A stretch of 46,662 nt of DNA, the filler included, from Sphacelaria rigidula (lineage: Eukaryota), in the NCBI GenBank assembly GCA_964200075.2. It is 2 parts of 2 records of this genome, joined end to end, with 100 filler letters (N's around TTAATTAATTAA, not from the genome) between each part and the next. Parts side by side here need not be neighbours in the genome. Positions count along the whole stretch, not along the records: positions 1 to 23,284 come from CAXNAA020000269.1; 1 more part is not named here. The stretch is one strand, 5' to 3'. Numbering within the stretch: the first letter of the stretch is position 1; each line of letters opens with the position of its first letter. The notes under the pieces were generated by a model, which saw nothing but the letters and a program-made list of their open reading frames with translations, was not told where the DNA came from and did not search any database. This document shows positions 11,880 to 23,384 of the stretch, in pieces. A program made the position numbers and the translations under genes.

Positions 11880-13522
11880 GTATGTTACCATTGTCATTTT
11901 ATCATGGTTGCGGTCACGGCTCTTACTTTCGCGTTCATATTCATTTTGATTGTTTTTCTTCCCATCAGCAGGTCATGTCCAGCCGGAAAACGATTCAGTT
12001 GTTCCTGTCTTATCCGCATGGAATGTTTGACTGTGCATTTTCCCCGAAATTGGAAGTATCACCGCCACCTCTCTTCGTCTTCGGCACAAGAGTGTATGCG
12101 CTATCCCACTCAGAGGAGTCTAGCCCCTTCACCCATTCGCTAGCAAGAGTGTTACAACCAGTATTACCATTTCCACCATTGAATTGACGAGTGAAACCGA
12201 TCGTGTGGCCTCGTGCCAAGATACATATATTTTCATGCGCAAAATTAACGGCATATTAGCGATTTGATGTGGCAGTCAAAAATAAATACCCGCTCGTTAG
12301 ACGGGCGGGGTTTGGTATGGACGTAAAAAGAGCACTGCACACTTCGTCGTGTTGCATTCCTCTTCCGATGCAAACGTTTGGTTTCCGAGACATCAGCATG
12401 GGAACATGCGTCCCGAGTGTGCTTAGGGAAGCGCGACCCGTCATCAAATACGGACCTATTTGGCCCTGCTTCGACCAACAGTACAGATTGTCGTCGATGT
12501 GGAGTGTTGGAGAACGCCAACTTTGCAGATGTTACCCCAAGGTTTCTGGAAATGCAGGCGTTTTTTCCAAGTGCGGGCGGTACAGCTGCTAACCTTGCAT
12601 AACCGAACACGCCTCACCTTGACGTGGTACCTTGGCTTGATTTTAGGGTGAGGGTTGAGAGTTAGAATTGGCGATGAGGTTGGGGTAAGGGTGAAATAAT
12701 GTACACCCTGGTACAGTATTGTAGATACTCGTATGGCGCCGAAAATAGACAAGCACTCATCACCCGGCGGCTGTTACTCATGGTGGGGCGTAGTACACAG
12801 CTCACAGGTAATGCATCGTACCCCACGGCACACTGCGTGTGGCTAATGCTGGAATACGAAATGCTCCAACCCTTTCCAGTCCATCGGCCTTCACTACAAC
12901 GGAACGGTACAAACGCCGGCATTTTACCCGTTTATCTTCGAAAGTGAATGTGAAACGTACCACAGGTGACACGATAACCATTGAGGGCAGGGTATGTACG
13001 GTATCGGCGTAGATGCAGCTGTGAGGTCAACACCGTCTATCTTCGCGACGTGTGCTGCTGCAGCATGGGTCTGATGCACTAAAGGCAGGGTGCAGTACTC
13101 TGCTGGCGCAGCGTCGTGTTCTTCCTTCGCACTCTCGCCCTCTCCTTCGTTCGGCAGCTTCTGCTTTCCCGTTTCTAGGCAGTAGCATCCTGGTCTGTGT
13201 TGTGAACGTTCGTTTACTTTCCTTTGTTATCTTTCTCCTGTCTCGAGTTTCCCTCTGCGAGTGTTTATGTTTTTATTCACCTCGTGCACGTCTATTTTGT
13301 GACCACGATCAGCTAGTGTGCGACAATCAATCAATTGATTGATCAATCAAGCAAAAAGGGAATGTGATATGCTAAGACTGTTCGTGACTCTTCTTGTCTT
13401 TACATCACTCTCGCATAAATGTATGCCCTTCCTTGCCGGTGTCTCTCCCTCTGTCTGCTCGTCTATTTACTTCTCCACCTCTCCGTATCACTACTCCCCT
13501 TCTTCCGTCCACACCACTCCAG

Positions 13523-13806
13523 GATGCGAAAGCATTTGCGCTTTCCACAGGAAGAAATGTGAGGTTTTTGGACGTGGACAAGAGGCCAGAGCGCGCAGCA
13601 CTGGCCGCAGCTCACAAAGGGCAGACCGTGATATCCGCCGGCGACACATGTACGGATATCGTTCCGGGCATCATCACGGGCAGCCCCCGGGGTGTTCGCG
13701 CGGAAGCTATCGGCCGAAGGCCCGTCGTGGTGCTGTTGGGACATTTTAATCACGGGAAAACTACTATTCTTGACGCGCTGTTGGGGCCGGACAGTGGTAT
13801 TGCAAA
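13523..13806 (+). CDS. infB: IF2-like exon 3 (G1/P-loop)
   Basis: ctccag|GAT acceptor, AA|gtgaga donor (phase 2). RRPVVVLLGHFNHGKTTILDAL corresponds to IF2 RPPVV.IMGHVDHGKT.LLD. Confidence 0.92.
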
Positions 13807-15674
13807 GTGAGACCATTATGCTTGTGTTCAGTTTTAAGGCTTGTTGACGGGAGTTCAGTGCATGTGGTTTTTCATCGCCGATGGTATTCAGAGGTAGGAT
13901 CTTTGCGACGCCACGAAGGTTTGTTTACAGTTACTAGAATGGGTACGAGCTAATCCTAGTCTTTTCGTCGTTGCGAGCGGGCTTTTGTCACGGTGATCCC
14001 ACCCGTTGTCTGCTTGACCATCGATCATTTTCTTGAACCTCTCATTCTCGTCTGCGTGGAACAAGACACGAGTAGGGGAAACATCGTAGTCTTCCAGGAA
14101 GTGTAAGCGCGAGCAATATTGCTACCTCGACTGGCAGAACACCAGAAGGACCATGCATAACGTACTTCCTGCTGCCACCCATCATATATTTTCCCCAACG
14201 TGTTCTTGTCCCTATCCTCGAGTCTAACTCTGCCATATATCCTGATGCGAACGCTTTGGGAGCGATGCTACGGTAGGGGTGCACAGATATTTTCCGAGGT
14301 TGAAATTGTTAGCAGCCCTTTATCTCATCCAAAACACGACTTATGAAATATGTGAGAGTGCGCCGGGAATTCTCTTCCAATGTGCGAAGGATATCCCGAA
14401 TGAAATTGCAGACGGGGTTGCCCTGACCCACATTCTTGTGCATCTAGAATGGTTAGGAGCCCCTGAACCAGACAAGATCTTGCGCAAAACGTGCACCCCT
14501 ATACCGTGGCATTGCTCTTGGGCAGAAGCATGCATTGCCTCGGAATCTCGGGTGCGAACAACTGCGCGACCACCGGCCCAGAACCGAGAGAGTTCAATAC
14601 AGCCTTCCTCCGATCTCGTACTCTTCCTGCCAGAAGTCACAACCACTCTAGGGAACGTTTTTGTTGGTGCCAGTCGTGCAGAAACCGAAGACTGATAGAA
14701 TCGGGGCGTACCGCAACCGTCTTCCCACCTCCCGCCAGCCGTTCGTTTGTTTCGGAGCAAAATATGCATCCGTCATATTCAGTTTGAAGCAAAGTGATTT
14801 TGAACACTACCTGCATCGATTGTACCCTTGCACGGGAAATCAGGGACGATGGCCATGGTTTCTCTGTTTCTCCCATGTCGCACAAGGCCATGTCTACATC
14901 AGGGGCTCATCATCTCTGATTTACAACAGCTCGGTTCGACTAAAATGCATTGGATAACAGCACAGTATATGATGGGTCCAACTGGCCAATCAACGGCTAA
15001 CTCGGACGGCTTCCATAGCTTCGAATCCCGGCAGAACTAGTTGTGCTCAACAAAGTCTGCTTTCCGTCGTCGGCAACATCAGGACGTGTGTTGAAAATCG
15101 ACAAAATAGATATCCTCGACGGACTGCGGGTATGGTAATTCAATGCTAGAGGATAAATTGTCGGGCACCTACTGGGGGAGAGATGAGCCTTACTCTTCGA
15201 GAGAGCGAGCTGGCCACAAGAACGGGGGATTCAGATGTACAAAATTAAAAGAAAAAAAACAAGAAGCAAGAACGGGAAACATTCCTCGTTCCCGCCGCCT
15301 CACCCCAAAATATGAACTCCGGAGTACGACTTCATGGTACAGGTTCATCACGCTCACGGCAAAATATGCTCGAACGACGACGCCACTGTTTTTTCGGCAA
15401 GAGGAAGCTTCATGAATGCTGTGTTTGTTTCACTAGAAGTGCTCTACGTGTTCGGCTAGGAATTTAGCAGGGATGATACGAAGGGTTTTGTGTCCCACAT
15501 CGAGCACTCCACCACATTGCAAAGATTCGACCTGAAGGACGTGTGAAAATCATATGCATTTGGCCTCTCTTGCCTTCTCAAGAACCCTATCCCTTCGCGC
15601 ATGCGTTCATCTGAACTTGAACCAAATCCTGACCCCGACATCAATAAACATATCCCTCTGATTCCGGCACACAG

Positions 15675-15970
15675 GAGAGAAGCCGGCGGAATAACTCAAG
15701 AAATTCGGGCGCGAACAATATCGCTACTGCCGACCCAGCAAGCAGAAGGCGGCGGAGGCAACGACGGCTGCGGAGAGGGAGTGGCAAAGGAAGCAGCAGC
15801 GATAGATGGAGATCAGCCATGGCTATTGCCCGAGAACAGATTCGTTGCGAAGGCGAGCAATGTGGATCCATTTTCGGCGACGTTTTTGGATACGCCCGGG
15901 CAAGAGATCTTTTACCGCATGAGGACCAACGGCGCTAGAGTGGCGGACGCTGTCGTGTTGGTTATCTCAG
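15675..15970 (+). CDS. infB: IF2-like exon 4 (G2 and G3/switch II)
   Basis: acacag|G acceptor, G|gtgagt donor (phase 1). REAGGITQ and TFLDTPGQEIFYRMRTNGARVADAVVLVIS correspond to IF2 EAGGITQ and TFLDTPGH.AF..MR.RGA...D...LVV. Confidence 0.93.
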
Positions 15971-16715
15971 GTGAGTGACGACGGCTGCATCATGTACATT
16001 TTAGGGGCTCTTCACCATCAAACCAATTCCTCACTTCACCGCAGTTGAAGTTGGCACAAGTCCTGTACGGTAGTCATCGAATTGGACCGCGCAAGTAAAA
16101 ATATCACATGACCTCCTCTGCAGGTAGCACCACTCCTGCCTGACCATCCGTGAACCGACCAGCAAAGCTGGAAATCTCAAAGTTGGAAATCTCACAGACT
16201 TTCAGCCGGCTTGTTTCACTATCGTCATTCGAGGACCCTTGTTGTATTTGAACACACATCTGATGCTATCGTTGTCGCAAAACCAAAGCATAGTTTCCCC
16301 ATGGAAACCTGGCTACCGCGAAGGCTGTATCCGCGCTCAGATTGTCAGGGTTTAGCCCCTCGGGTGCCAAGCGCCCTGACCCGGAGAGAAGCATATGAAG
16401 ATAAACTGCTTTGGTTTGACAAAGCAGAAGTATCGGTGGTTGAAAAGCACGGAATATACGTGATCCTTTTATCGTTTGAGGCCGTGCTCGCGAGCAGGGA
16501 GGAACCAGCGTTCCCCCCAGGGTTTCTGGCGTTGAAGGTCAGCGTTTCATAGTATTCTGCCGGGCTGCACAGACCAACCACGTACCGCACGCACTGTTTT
16601 GCATTTTGCACATAGGTATATGCATGTCGTGGGGGGTCATCGAGTCTGACTCGTGCAATTTTGCAGTCTCACCTCTTGAGTATCCCTGCTGAGGTTCTCG
16701 TCATATACTCGGCAG

Positions 16716-17285
16716 TAACCGCTCGCCCCGGTGGCTCAGTTGGTAACCTCAAAACCTTCGGATGGTTGGGTCGTGTGTTAGAATCTCGGTGCAGTCACAT
16801 GATCTGATATTTGTTTCTCACACCATGCCCAACAGTGGAGAGCGACTGTGTCGTGGATGCACAATTGTCGACTTCACGGTCGACGAGGGTAGGAGACTGC
16901 TGAACCCCTTTCGCGATGAAAAATAAGGCAAAAGGCAAGCACCGCAGGAGGAAGGTGGGGAACAAAAATAAGTAAGTGAAAAGAACTCCTGCGTTAACCT
17001 TCCTCCTGTGTGACCCCGGCTGAATCACCCACATATGCCGAAAGGCGTAGACTGGCGTCCAGAACAATTGAGATGACAACACGTAACACACACGCACATA
17101 CAGTCGGTCGGCGGTGTGGCATTTTGTGTGGAGCTTCTGATAATGCTGTAGTGTTTGATATAGTGGTACCTTCATTCCTTCATTTTTTCTCTTCTTTTGA
17201 GATTCTTTCAGGGACGATTTCCGTTTTGTTGACCTCCACACCTTGAGCACTGGACACGCCTATGTTGTGACCACGGTTGAGATTT
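16716..17285 (+). mobile_element. tRNA-derived SINE in IF2 intron 4
   Basis: Pol III A-box TGGCTCAGTTGG (16732-16743) and degenerate B-box GTTAGAATC (16777-16785) at tRNA-like spacing, followed by a non-tRNA body. No complete cloverleaf. The 3' boundary is approximate. Confidence 0.6.
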
Positions 17286-17836
17286 GTCGGCGATCAGCTA
17301 ATGTGCAAAACTAACGAAACCAAGTTATCATGCGAGTATATAACGGATTTTTGTTTTGTAGTATATGTGGTATCTCTTGTAACTCTTGTTTTCTGAACTC
17401 CACGATGCCAACAAGGGCACAGTAGATCTTGACGACGCACGGTACATTCTGCCAGGGTGGGTTCTCTCACCCGGGGCGATGAGAAACCCAAAGTCGACTC
17501 TCTCTATAGCCAAGGCCCTGTGTCATTGCAAACAAAGCTAACAGCTTATAAGATGACGAGGAGATGTTTCGCATGAAAACAGCGTTCGGGGGTGCGGCCG
17601 TTTTACTTGGAAAACATGTGGAGCTCAGGTTCCCTTGCTCTCCCTTGAGGATATGCTGCGGAGTCGTCGGCGTACTCGTGCGAACCCTTTGCTAACCACA
17701 ATCTGTTAGTGACCCTTCTTAGCGACGAGGTATGGGCCAGTTTTTGTTCGAACGAGTCCCATGCACGCGTTTCAGTTTGTGCGAATCGGGAAACGTGCAC
17801 GGAAACATGCATGGTTACCTCTCCCACGTGTTCTCC

Positions 17837-17872
17837 GTTTCCGTTTCCATTTCCATTTCCATTTCCATTTCC
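17837..17872. repeat. (TTTCC[A/G])n hexamer microsatellite
   Basis: gtttccgtttccatttccatttccatttccatttcc read directly. Confidence 0.9.
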
Positions 17873-18964
17873 AGATTGGGACGTGGGATCCCTCGAAAAC
17901 CAGCACAACCCTAGCACTGCACACAGCATGACTACACCGCATGAAGACATGACTTTGCGATTTCTTGGGGTGGTCATGATGTTGCTGGAAGCTGGCATTG
18001 CCGGCATGACACCGTGTGATGGGGTGTGGAATGCTTGCGTGGAACTCACACCATTTTGCATGAACCTGCCGTTGTTCGTTTCTACAGATACGAAGTATAC
18101 AAGTGGACGGGATTTTCCAGCAGTGCACGTATTATTCAGGACGGCCCTACCATCCGCTGTTTTCTGCAGCGTTCCTCAGTGAGCACATCCGTTTATTTGT
18201 CTTATAAACGTTTGTCGTGTGACCACGGGTGAATCCGGAGCAGATCCTAAATTGCTTGTCAATCACGCAATCAAGCAAACACTCAGGCAACCTATCGATA
18301 GGCGGCCTATGGTGAATAGATACATTCCGTGTATATGTCAGTGACATACCTTTGTACCGGATAGCTGTCTTGACCACTTCCCGCGGCCAACCGCCACAGC
18401 AGCACAGTCTCATGTGTCTCATGGAACCGTCAAACTCCAGAACCCAAAGTAGCACGTATTGACAACCGAGAGCCCTGAAAAGTTGCTGTTTGTCGTCCTC
18501 GAGGTACGTCGCCCTAGAGGTAAACACATACGTACCCTGAAAAGATTTGAAGTAGCATATGCTGGTCAGTTTGGACAGAGCTGGCACTGCGCATGCGCTG
18601 AGCTCCGGACCCTACGAATCCTTCGGGCTCCCAACAGGACCGTCTGTTCAATCGAGGTCGTTTGTTATTGATATGTCAAAGCCCGTCACACCTGTCCACC
18701 TGCAGGCGCTTTTCCCTACATTTGTTGCTCCTCCGTGTTGCGTGCATTTTCCGCTGGAGTCTGCTTCAGCAAGTCTTTTCCGTTTCTCACCGCAAGCACG
18801 GCTATCTTGCGACCGCAGCTAAGTTGATGGCGGATAAAAGGATGTGAGGCAATCAATCCAGTCATTGCAGCCGAACGGTTACGTGTAGCGGGCTGCACAT
18901 TCCTCACCGCGTGAAACCCTCGAACGGTTTTGCCTTTTCGTTTGTCTGTTTTTTTCGATCACAG

Positions 18965-19083
18965 CTGTGGATGGAATATGCCTTCAGACGTCTGAGAGCA
19001 TCGGTTGTGCGGAGCAGCTCGGGTTGCCTACTGTGGTGGCTATCAACAAAGTGGACCTGTTGCCTGAAGACCAAGCGGCGGAG
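18965..19083 (+). CDS. infB: IF2-like exon 5 (G4)
   Basis: tcacag|CT acceptor (phase 1), GAG|gtgaga donor (phase 0). AVDGICLQTSESIGCAEQLGLPTVVAINKVD corresponds to IF2 A.DG...QT.E.I..A.....P..VAINKID. Confidence 0.93.
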
Positions 19084-19449
19084 GTGAGATGATGTGCCCG
19101 TGTGTATCGTTCGTGACAGGGAGTGTCACGACTCTCCCCCCACCGACCTCCGGACAAGGTTTTCGTCGCCTTCGATTGTCTCGTACAGTGTGGTGGCGAC
19201 GCCGCAACAGATCGTGCCGATGAAAATGTCGAAACGTGGTTCGGGCAGAACGGGATACATGATGTTGCGGTTTGGAGTATTCATGGCCTCGGGACCCTGC
19301 GCGGCTGAGCCTCTTCATCAGTACCTTGCGTACTCTAACAAAAGCGATGATGTGGAGCATTCGCTATCCCTGAGACCATCGACCACTGCTTGAATTATTG
19401 GTTTTCGCTCATCGAGTGACCCGCTGCGGAACCAGCCGTCGTCACAAGC

Positions 19450-19940
19450 TCGAGTGATCCCGTTGTTTTATCCCGGCAATTGTCAGCTTCTTCCCTTGGC
19501 GGACAGCTCTGCTGGTTTCCTTTTCATGCCCTTCTCTGTTCCGGGATCCCTTTTACTTCATTTTTGAGTTGCTTCCTCTTTTTCGCTTCCCTCTTGGGCG
19601 TCTTGTTTTTTTGAAGCCGTGTTGATTTTAGTCCCTCGCCCCTGCAGATCTGACGGATAGGAAATGTCGAAGTAGTGCGTTCCACCGTCGAGTGACACCG
19701 CTGTCTTATCCCCGCGAGTGTCGACTTCTTCCCTTGGCTGACAACTCTGCTGATTTCCTTTCCTTGCCCTTCTCTGTTCCAGCATCCCTTCTCTTTCTTT
19801 CTTACACTGCGGTTGTCTTTCTTCATTTCCCTCTTTTCTTCTGTCCTTTTTTGCTTCTTAAGTCATGTTGGATTTAGTGCCTCGCCCCTGCAGATCTGAA
19901 AAATGGGAATTCCGGTCGGAATAGTGCGGTCCTTCGCTCA
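19450..19940. repeat. Diverged two-copy tandem duplication (~240-bp unit), pyrimidine-rich
   Basis: Shared blocks TCGAGTGA, CTTCTTCCCTTGGC, TGCCCTTCTCTGTTCC and CCTCGCCCCTGCAGATCTGA recur about 240-255 bp apart. Confidence 0.8.
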
Positions 19941-20469
19941 TTTCCGCACGATCTGACCTCGCGTCCTGAAGGACTTGCGGTCATCTTCAGCTGACCACTT
20001 TGCAGACCAGAAAGTTGGAATTCGGGGGGACTTTTACGCCCGTGTGTTGAGGGAAGATGACAATCTCTAGGGTGCGAAACGTAGAGAGGTCCTGTCAAGG
20101 TAGGTCTAATGTCGTGCCCAATTCCGGTTCTCACAGAGGAGCTTGCCCTAGTCGCTGTACCGCGCGTTGGCGGGTCTAGCGGATACTGAAATTGGTGCGG
20201 GACGTCCGGTTACACGTGGTCATGTACGATTGAAGAAACACTATCATATTATGGCTCGCTTCTCATAACCGGGGGGAGGGCTGTAGCTGAATAAGCGGTA
20301 TTCATAGGCAGCAGCAGACCCATTACAAGATGTGCGGTTTCCTGAACGAAATGACAAAGCACAGCAACACAAACACAAATACTGATACCCGTCGACTAAC
20401 ATTTATGGTGTACCGTACAATACCGCAAGTTCAAAATTGACGATTTAGGCATCCCCGTTTCCCGATGCG

Positions 20470-22260
20470 CACGCTACGAGGTGTTGGTTACCCAGGTTTC
20501 TCCAACCCAGGCCGCGCTCATATTTGAATTGCTTCCCCCCCCTGATGAGAAAGTGTCGTCCTTGGCGTTGTCACCGTCGTGGTATTCCTCACCCCGCGAC
20601 ACTGTTTCCACGAGGCTGGAGGACTCCTCCTTCCCTGGGATGCCCTGAGTCTCCAGCCCAGCAATCGCTGCATACCTGATTGCTTCAGGGTCACTGGGCG
20701 ACGTTGTGGGTACACCTCCTGTTCGTTGGGTCACAATGTGTTCACGTGAAGCTCCTTTGTTGGTCGTGCTCTCGAAGCTCGCCCAGACTACCCTGGCGCC
20801 ACCAGCTCGCGTCAATACTTACAGTCACCGCTGCAATCATATTTGAACACATACTGATTGGGTCCGATATGACCCCAGGTATGTCTGACAAACTGGGTGT
20901 TGGAGGTGTGGGGCCCATGGTGAGCACGCTTGCCAAAACAGCGAGCGAGGTATCGCACTCGTGACCTGTGGAGCCTCACGATCCCGTGGGGAGAAAGATG
21001 ATCGAGAGAGGTTATGCGATGCGAGGGTTGGTTGCAGAGTTTGTGAGCACACTGTCAGCACGTAACGTCGATTGCTTGAGATCAACCAGTCAGGCGACAT
21101 CACGTGTCGCAGCGGTGACACGAATGAAGTCAACCTCAGTCGAGTCACTTCAACTGCCAAATGAGGTGTGTGAACTCATTCACCGATGACGAAGAAGTTC
21201 TAAATGTCCGAAACACAGGTCGAGATGTTGCAGGCCGATAGAGGGCAAGCCATTACACCGTTCGCCTGGGGGTCCAATACGGCGTTTCAATCGTTCCCTT
21301 GCGCATGTCCCAGCCACCATCCACATCAATGTGTAGTTGCACACAGTGCAGATCTCTCTCAACACTCTTGGCCAACGCAGTCTCACGCTCGTCACCTTTC
21401 ATCGTAGTCTGGATCGTTCGATATTTCATGCACATTCCATTGCTGCCTAGAGGTCACTGGAGCCCCGTCTACGCTGTGCACGATTTCCATCAACGGTCAT
21501 GCTCGTCGAAGTTCATGCATGTGCTTTAGGTGATCAAACTTCATTAACAGCTCGTTTTCTCTCGGGATGTTCTCAAGATACTTCGACTGCCTTCCATAGA
21601 GGTCTGGCATAATGTTACTTTTTTTGTCCCTCGATGTTCTCGGAAGCCAGATAGTTCATTCGAGCACCATCAGCTCTTGGTCACGTATTGTGGTCACGCA
21701 CAGAGAAAACGCGGCAAACGAATGCACGGCACGTCGTCTATCGAAACTCAGCAGGCACGTGAAAGCACGACCATCGCAGACGACGTACACCGCACAGCGA
21801 CACGCAGCGCCCAAGCAACCACAGCGACGCAGAGTGCACACCACTCGCGGGAAACGTTCCGTCGACAAAGCGCATGGCTGTACATTTCTTCTGGTTTGCA
21901 AGCATACCGTGCCTAAGCGCTCCGAACGTTTCTCATATCTCGAACACTTGACGTTGCACTGCTGTATCACGCTGTCGCTGCTTGCAGACCTTCAGCATCG
22001 TGTAGAACGTTTAAACAATCAAGCGCAGGCTGGCACATAGTTTTTGCATGCGGTCGGATCGGTCACCATGTTGCGGAGAGCGACAGAAGGTCCGACCTTC
22101 GGGACACACCAACTCATGGGCCGCAGCATCAACCCACCTGGCACACCACAGTGGGGTCGGAACAAATCACTTCCATCAAATACATGCATACTCTTCTGTG
22201 GTTTCCTCGTCATTAGCCCTCCACTGACTCTTGGGCCGGGCTCCTATCTCTGCATGTGAC
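20470..22260 (-). mobile_element. Heavily decayed Ty1/Copia-like LTR retrotransposon remnant in IF2 intron 5
   Basis: Broken minus-strand motifs in Copia order: protease-like SVALRNMVTDPTACKNY (~22035-22090; cf. DSGA.RHMT.D....NY), then integrase-like RTIQT (~21410) and DPQANGV (~21255-21275; cf. PQQNGVAER). Many stops and frameshifts; no LTRs found. Confidence 0.45.
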
Positions 22261-23024
22261 CTCTCACGTTACCGCACTCTAGAACTCTTTTCCGAATCTG
22301 TACCATAACACTAGATGTAGGCGGAGTTCCGCTCAAATACAGACTGTCAAGTTTTGAGGATGTAGGCAACGACTGACCCCCGAAGGTGAACCTATCGCAT
22401 TCTGTAGTCTCCTTACACTCCTGGTCATCACCATCCTCCCTCCTACCTACTGGGAAAGGTGCCATCTCCCAAACGTGATGAGCCTATCCCAGACCGCAAC
22501 CTTACTGCGTGTCCCGTAGGGCTTACTGATATTCGTTCGCGATACTTATGCGAATTGAGGGGCGCTGGGCTTTGACGCCATAATTTGGCATAACCTACTG
22601 GATGAGGCCACGGATGGAGTTGGTTTCGTCTACAAAGGTACTAGAACAGGCCTGAAGCAGTTTGGCAATACGTTTGTTCGTTCGTTCGCTTTCCGTGTGA
22701 TAGTTGGCTTTGTCAGAGTTCTTCCTAACAAAAGTCGAATGGACATGATGCATCCAACCACCAATCGACCAAAATTTCTCATGCCAGCTTCTCAAGCAAT
22801 TCTCAAACAGTCCATTTTATTTTTTCGTTCTTTCATGAGTCTTCCCCGTAAAAACTAATACAGTCTAATGAAAACCATGCATCCAGTGGACAGGCAGCCA
22901 GCTACCACTCGAGTCGTCAGGTCCTTGCTCTCCATTTACGGATTATGTTCTTTTCACACCCTACTGACACTTCCTGCGTATTTGGTTCCTTGTATCCTTT
23001 ACTCTATCGCCCATCGTCCTTCAG

Positions 23025-23167
23025 AAGCTGAAATCTCTGTCTGAAGAAGTGCGAGAATTCGTGGCGACGTCGAACGCGCAAGTGGTGCCCATCTCCGCCA
23101 AAACCGGCCACGGTTTGGACCAGCTTCGGCAGGCGGTTGCTACGGCCCTTGCTGGAGATTCCTCCAG
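23025..23167 (+). CDS. infB: IF2-like exon 6 (G5); downstream exons absent from window
   Basis: cttcag|AAG acceptor (phase 0), AG|gtaacg donor (phase 2). VVPISAKTGHGLDQL corresponds to IF2 VP.SA..G.G...L. The six exons join in frame into 1193 nt (~397 codons) with no stop. Confidence 0.92.
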
Positions 23168-23284
23168 GTAACGCCGCGACCAAATGAAATGCAGATTCGT
23201 GTTTGTCCTCTTGTTGTTGCTACGTTTTTTTTTTTCGTACTTTTTTGCATTTATTTACTACTTGTTGTTTTTTTTTTTGTTGTT

Positions 23285-23384
23285 NNNNNNNNNNNNNNNN
23301 NNNNNNNNNNNNNNNNNNNNNNNNNNNNTTAATTAATTAANNNNNNNNNNNNNNNNNNNNNNNNNNNNNNNNNNNNNNNNNNNN
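23285..23384. other. Artificial 100-bp scaffolding linker (N44-TTAATTAATTAA-N44)
   Basis: Exactly symmetric N runs around a 12-mer that gives stop codons in all six frames; total 100 bp. Confidence 0.92.

Noticed and set aside
12645-12693. Interstitial telomere (TAGGGTGAGGGTTGAGAGTTAG...)
   Set aside because: Too short and degenerate; more likely part of a small repeat element.
16725-16800. tRNA gene
   Set aside because: A-box present but B-box degenerate, with no acceptor or anticodon stems; better explained as a SINE head.
16836-16971. Extra IF2 exon (aacag| ... |gtaagt)
   Set aside because: Has an in-frame TGA in the required phase, lies within the SINE, and exons 4 and 5 already join into the conserved motif VIS-AVDG.
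23329-23340. TTAATTAATTAA as a biological motif or piggyBac TTAA site
   Set aside because: Centred between two N44 runs; it is a scaffolding linker.
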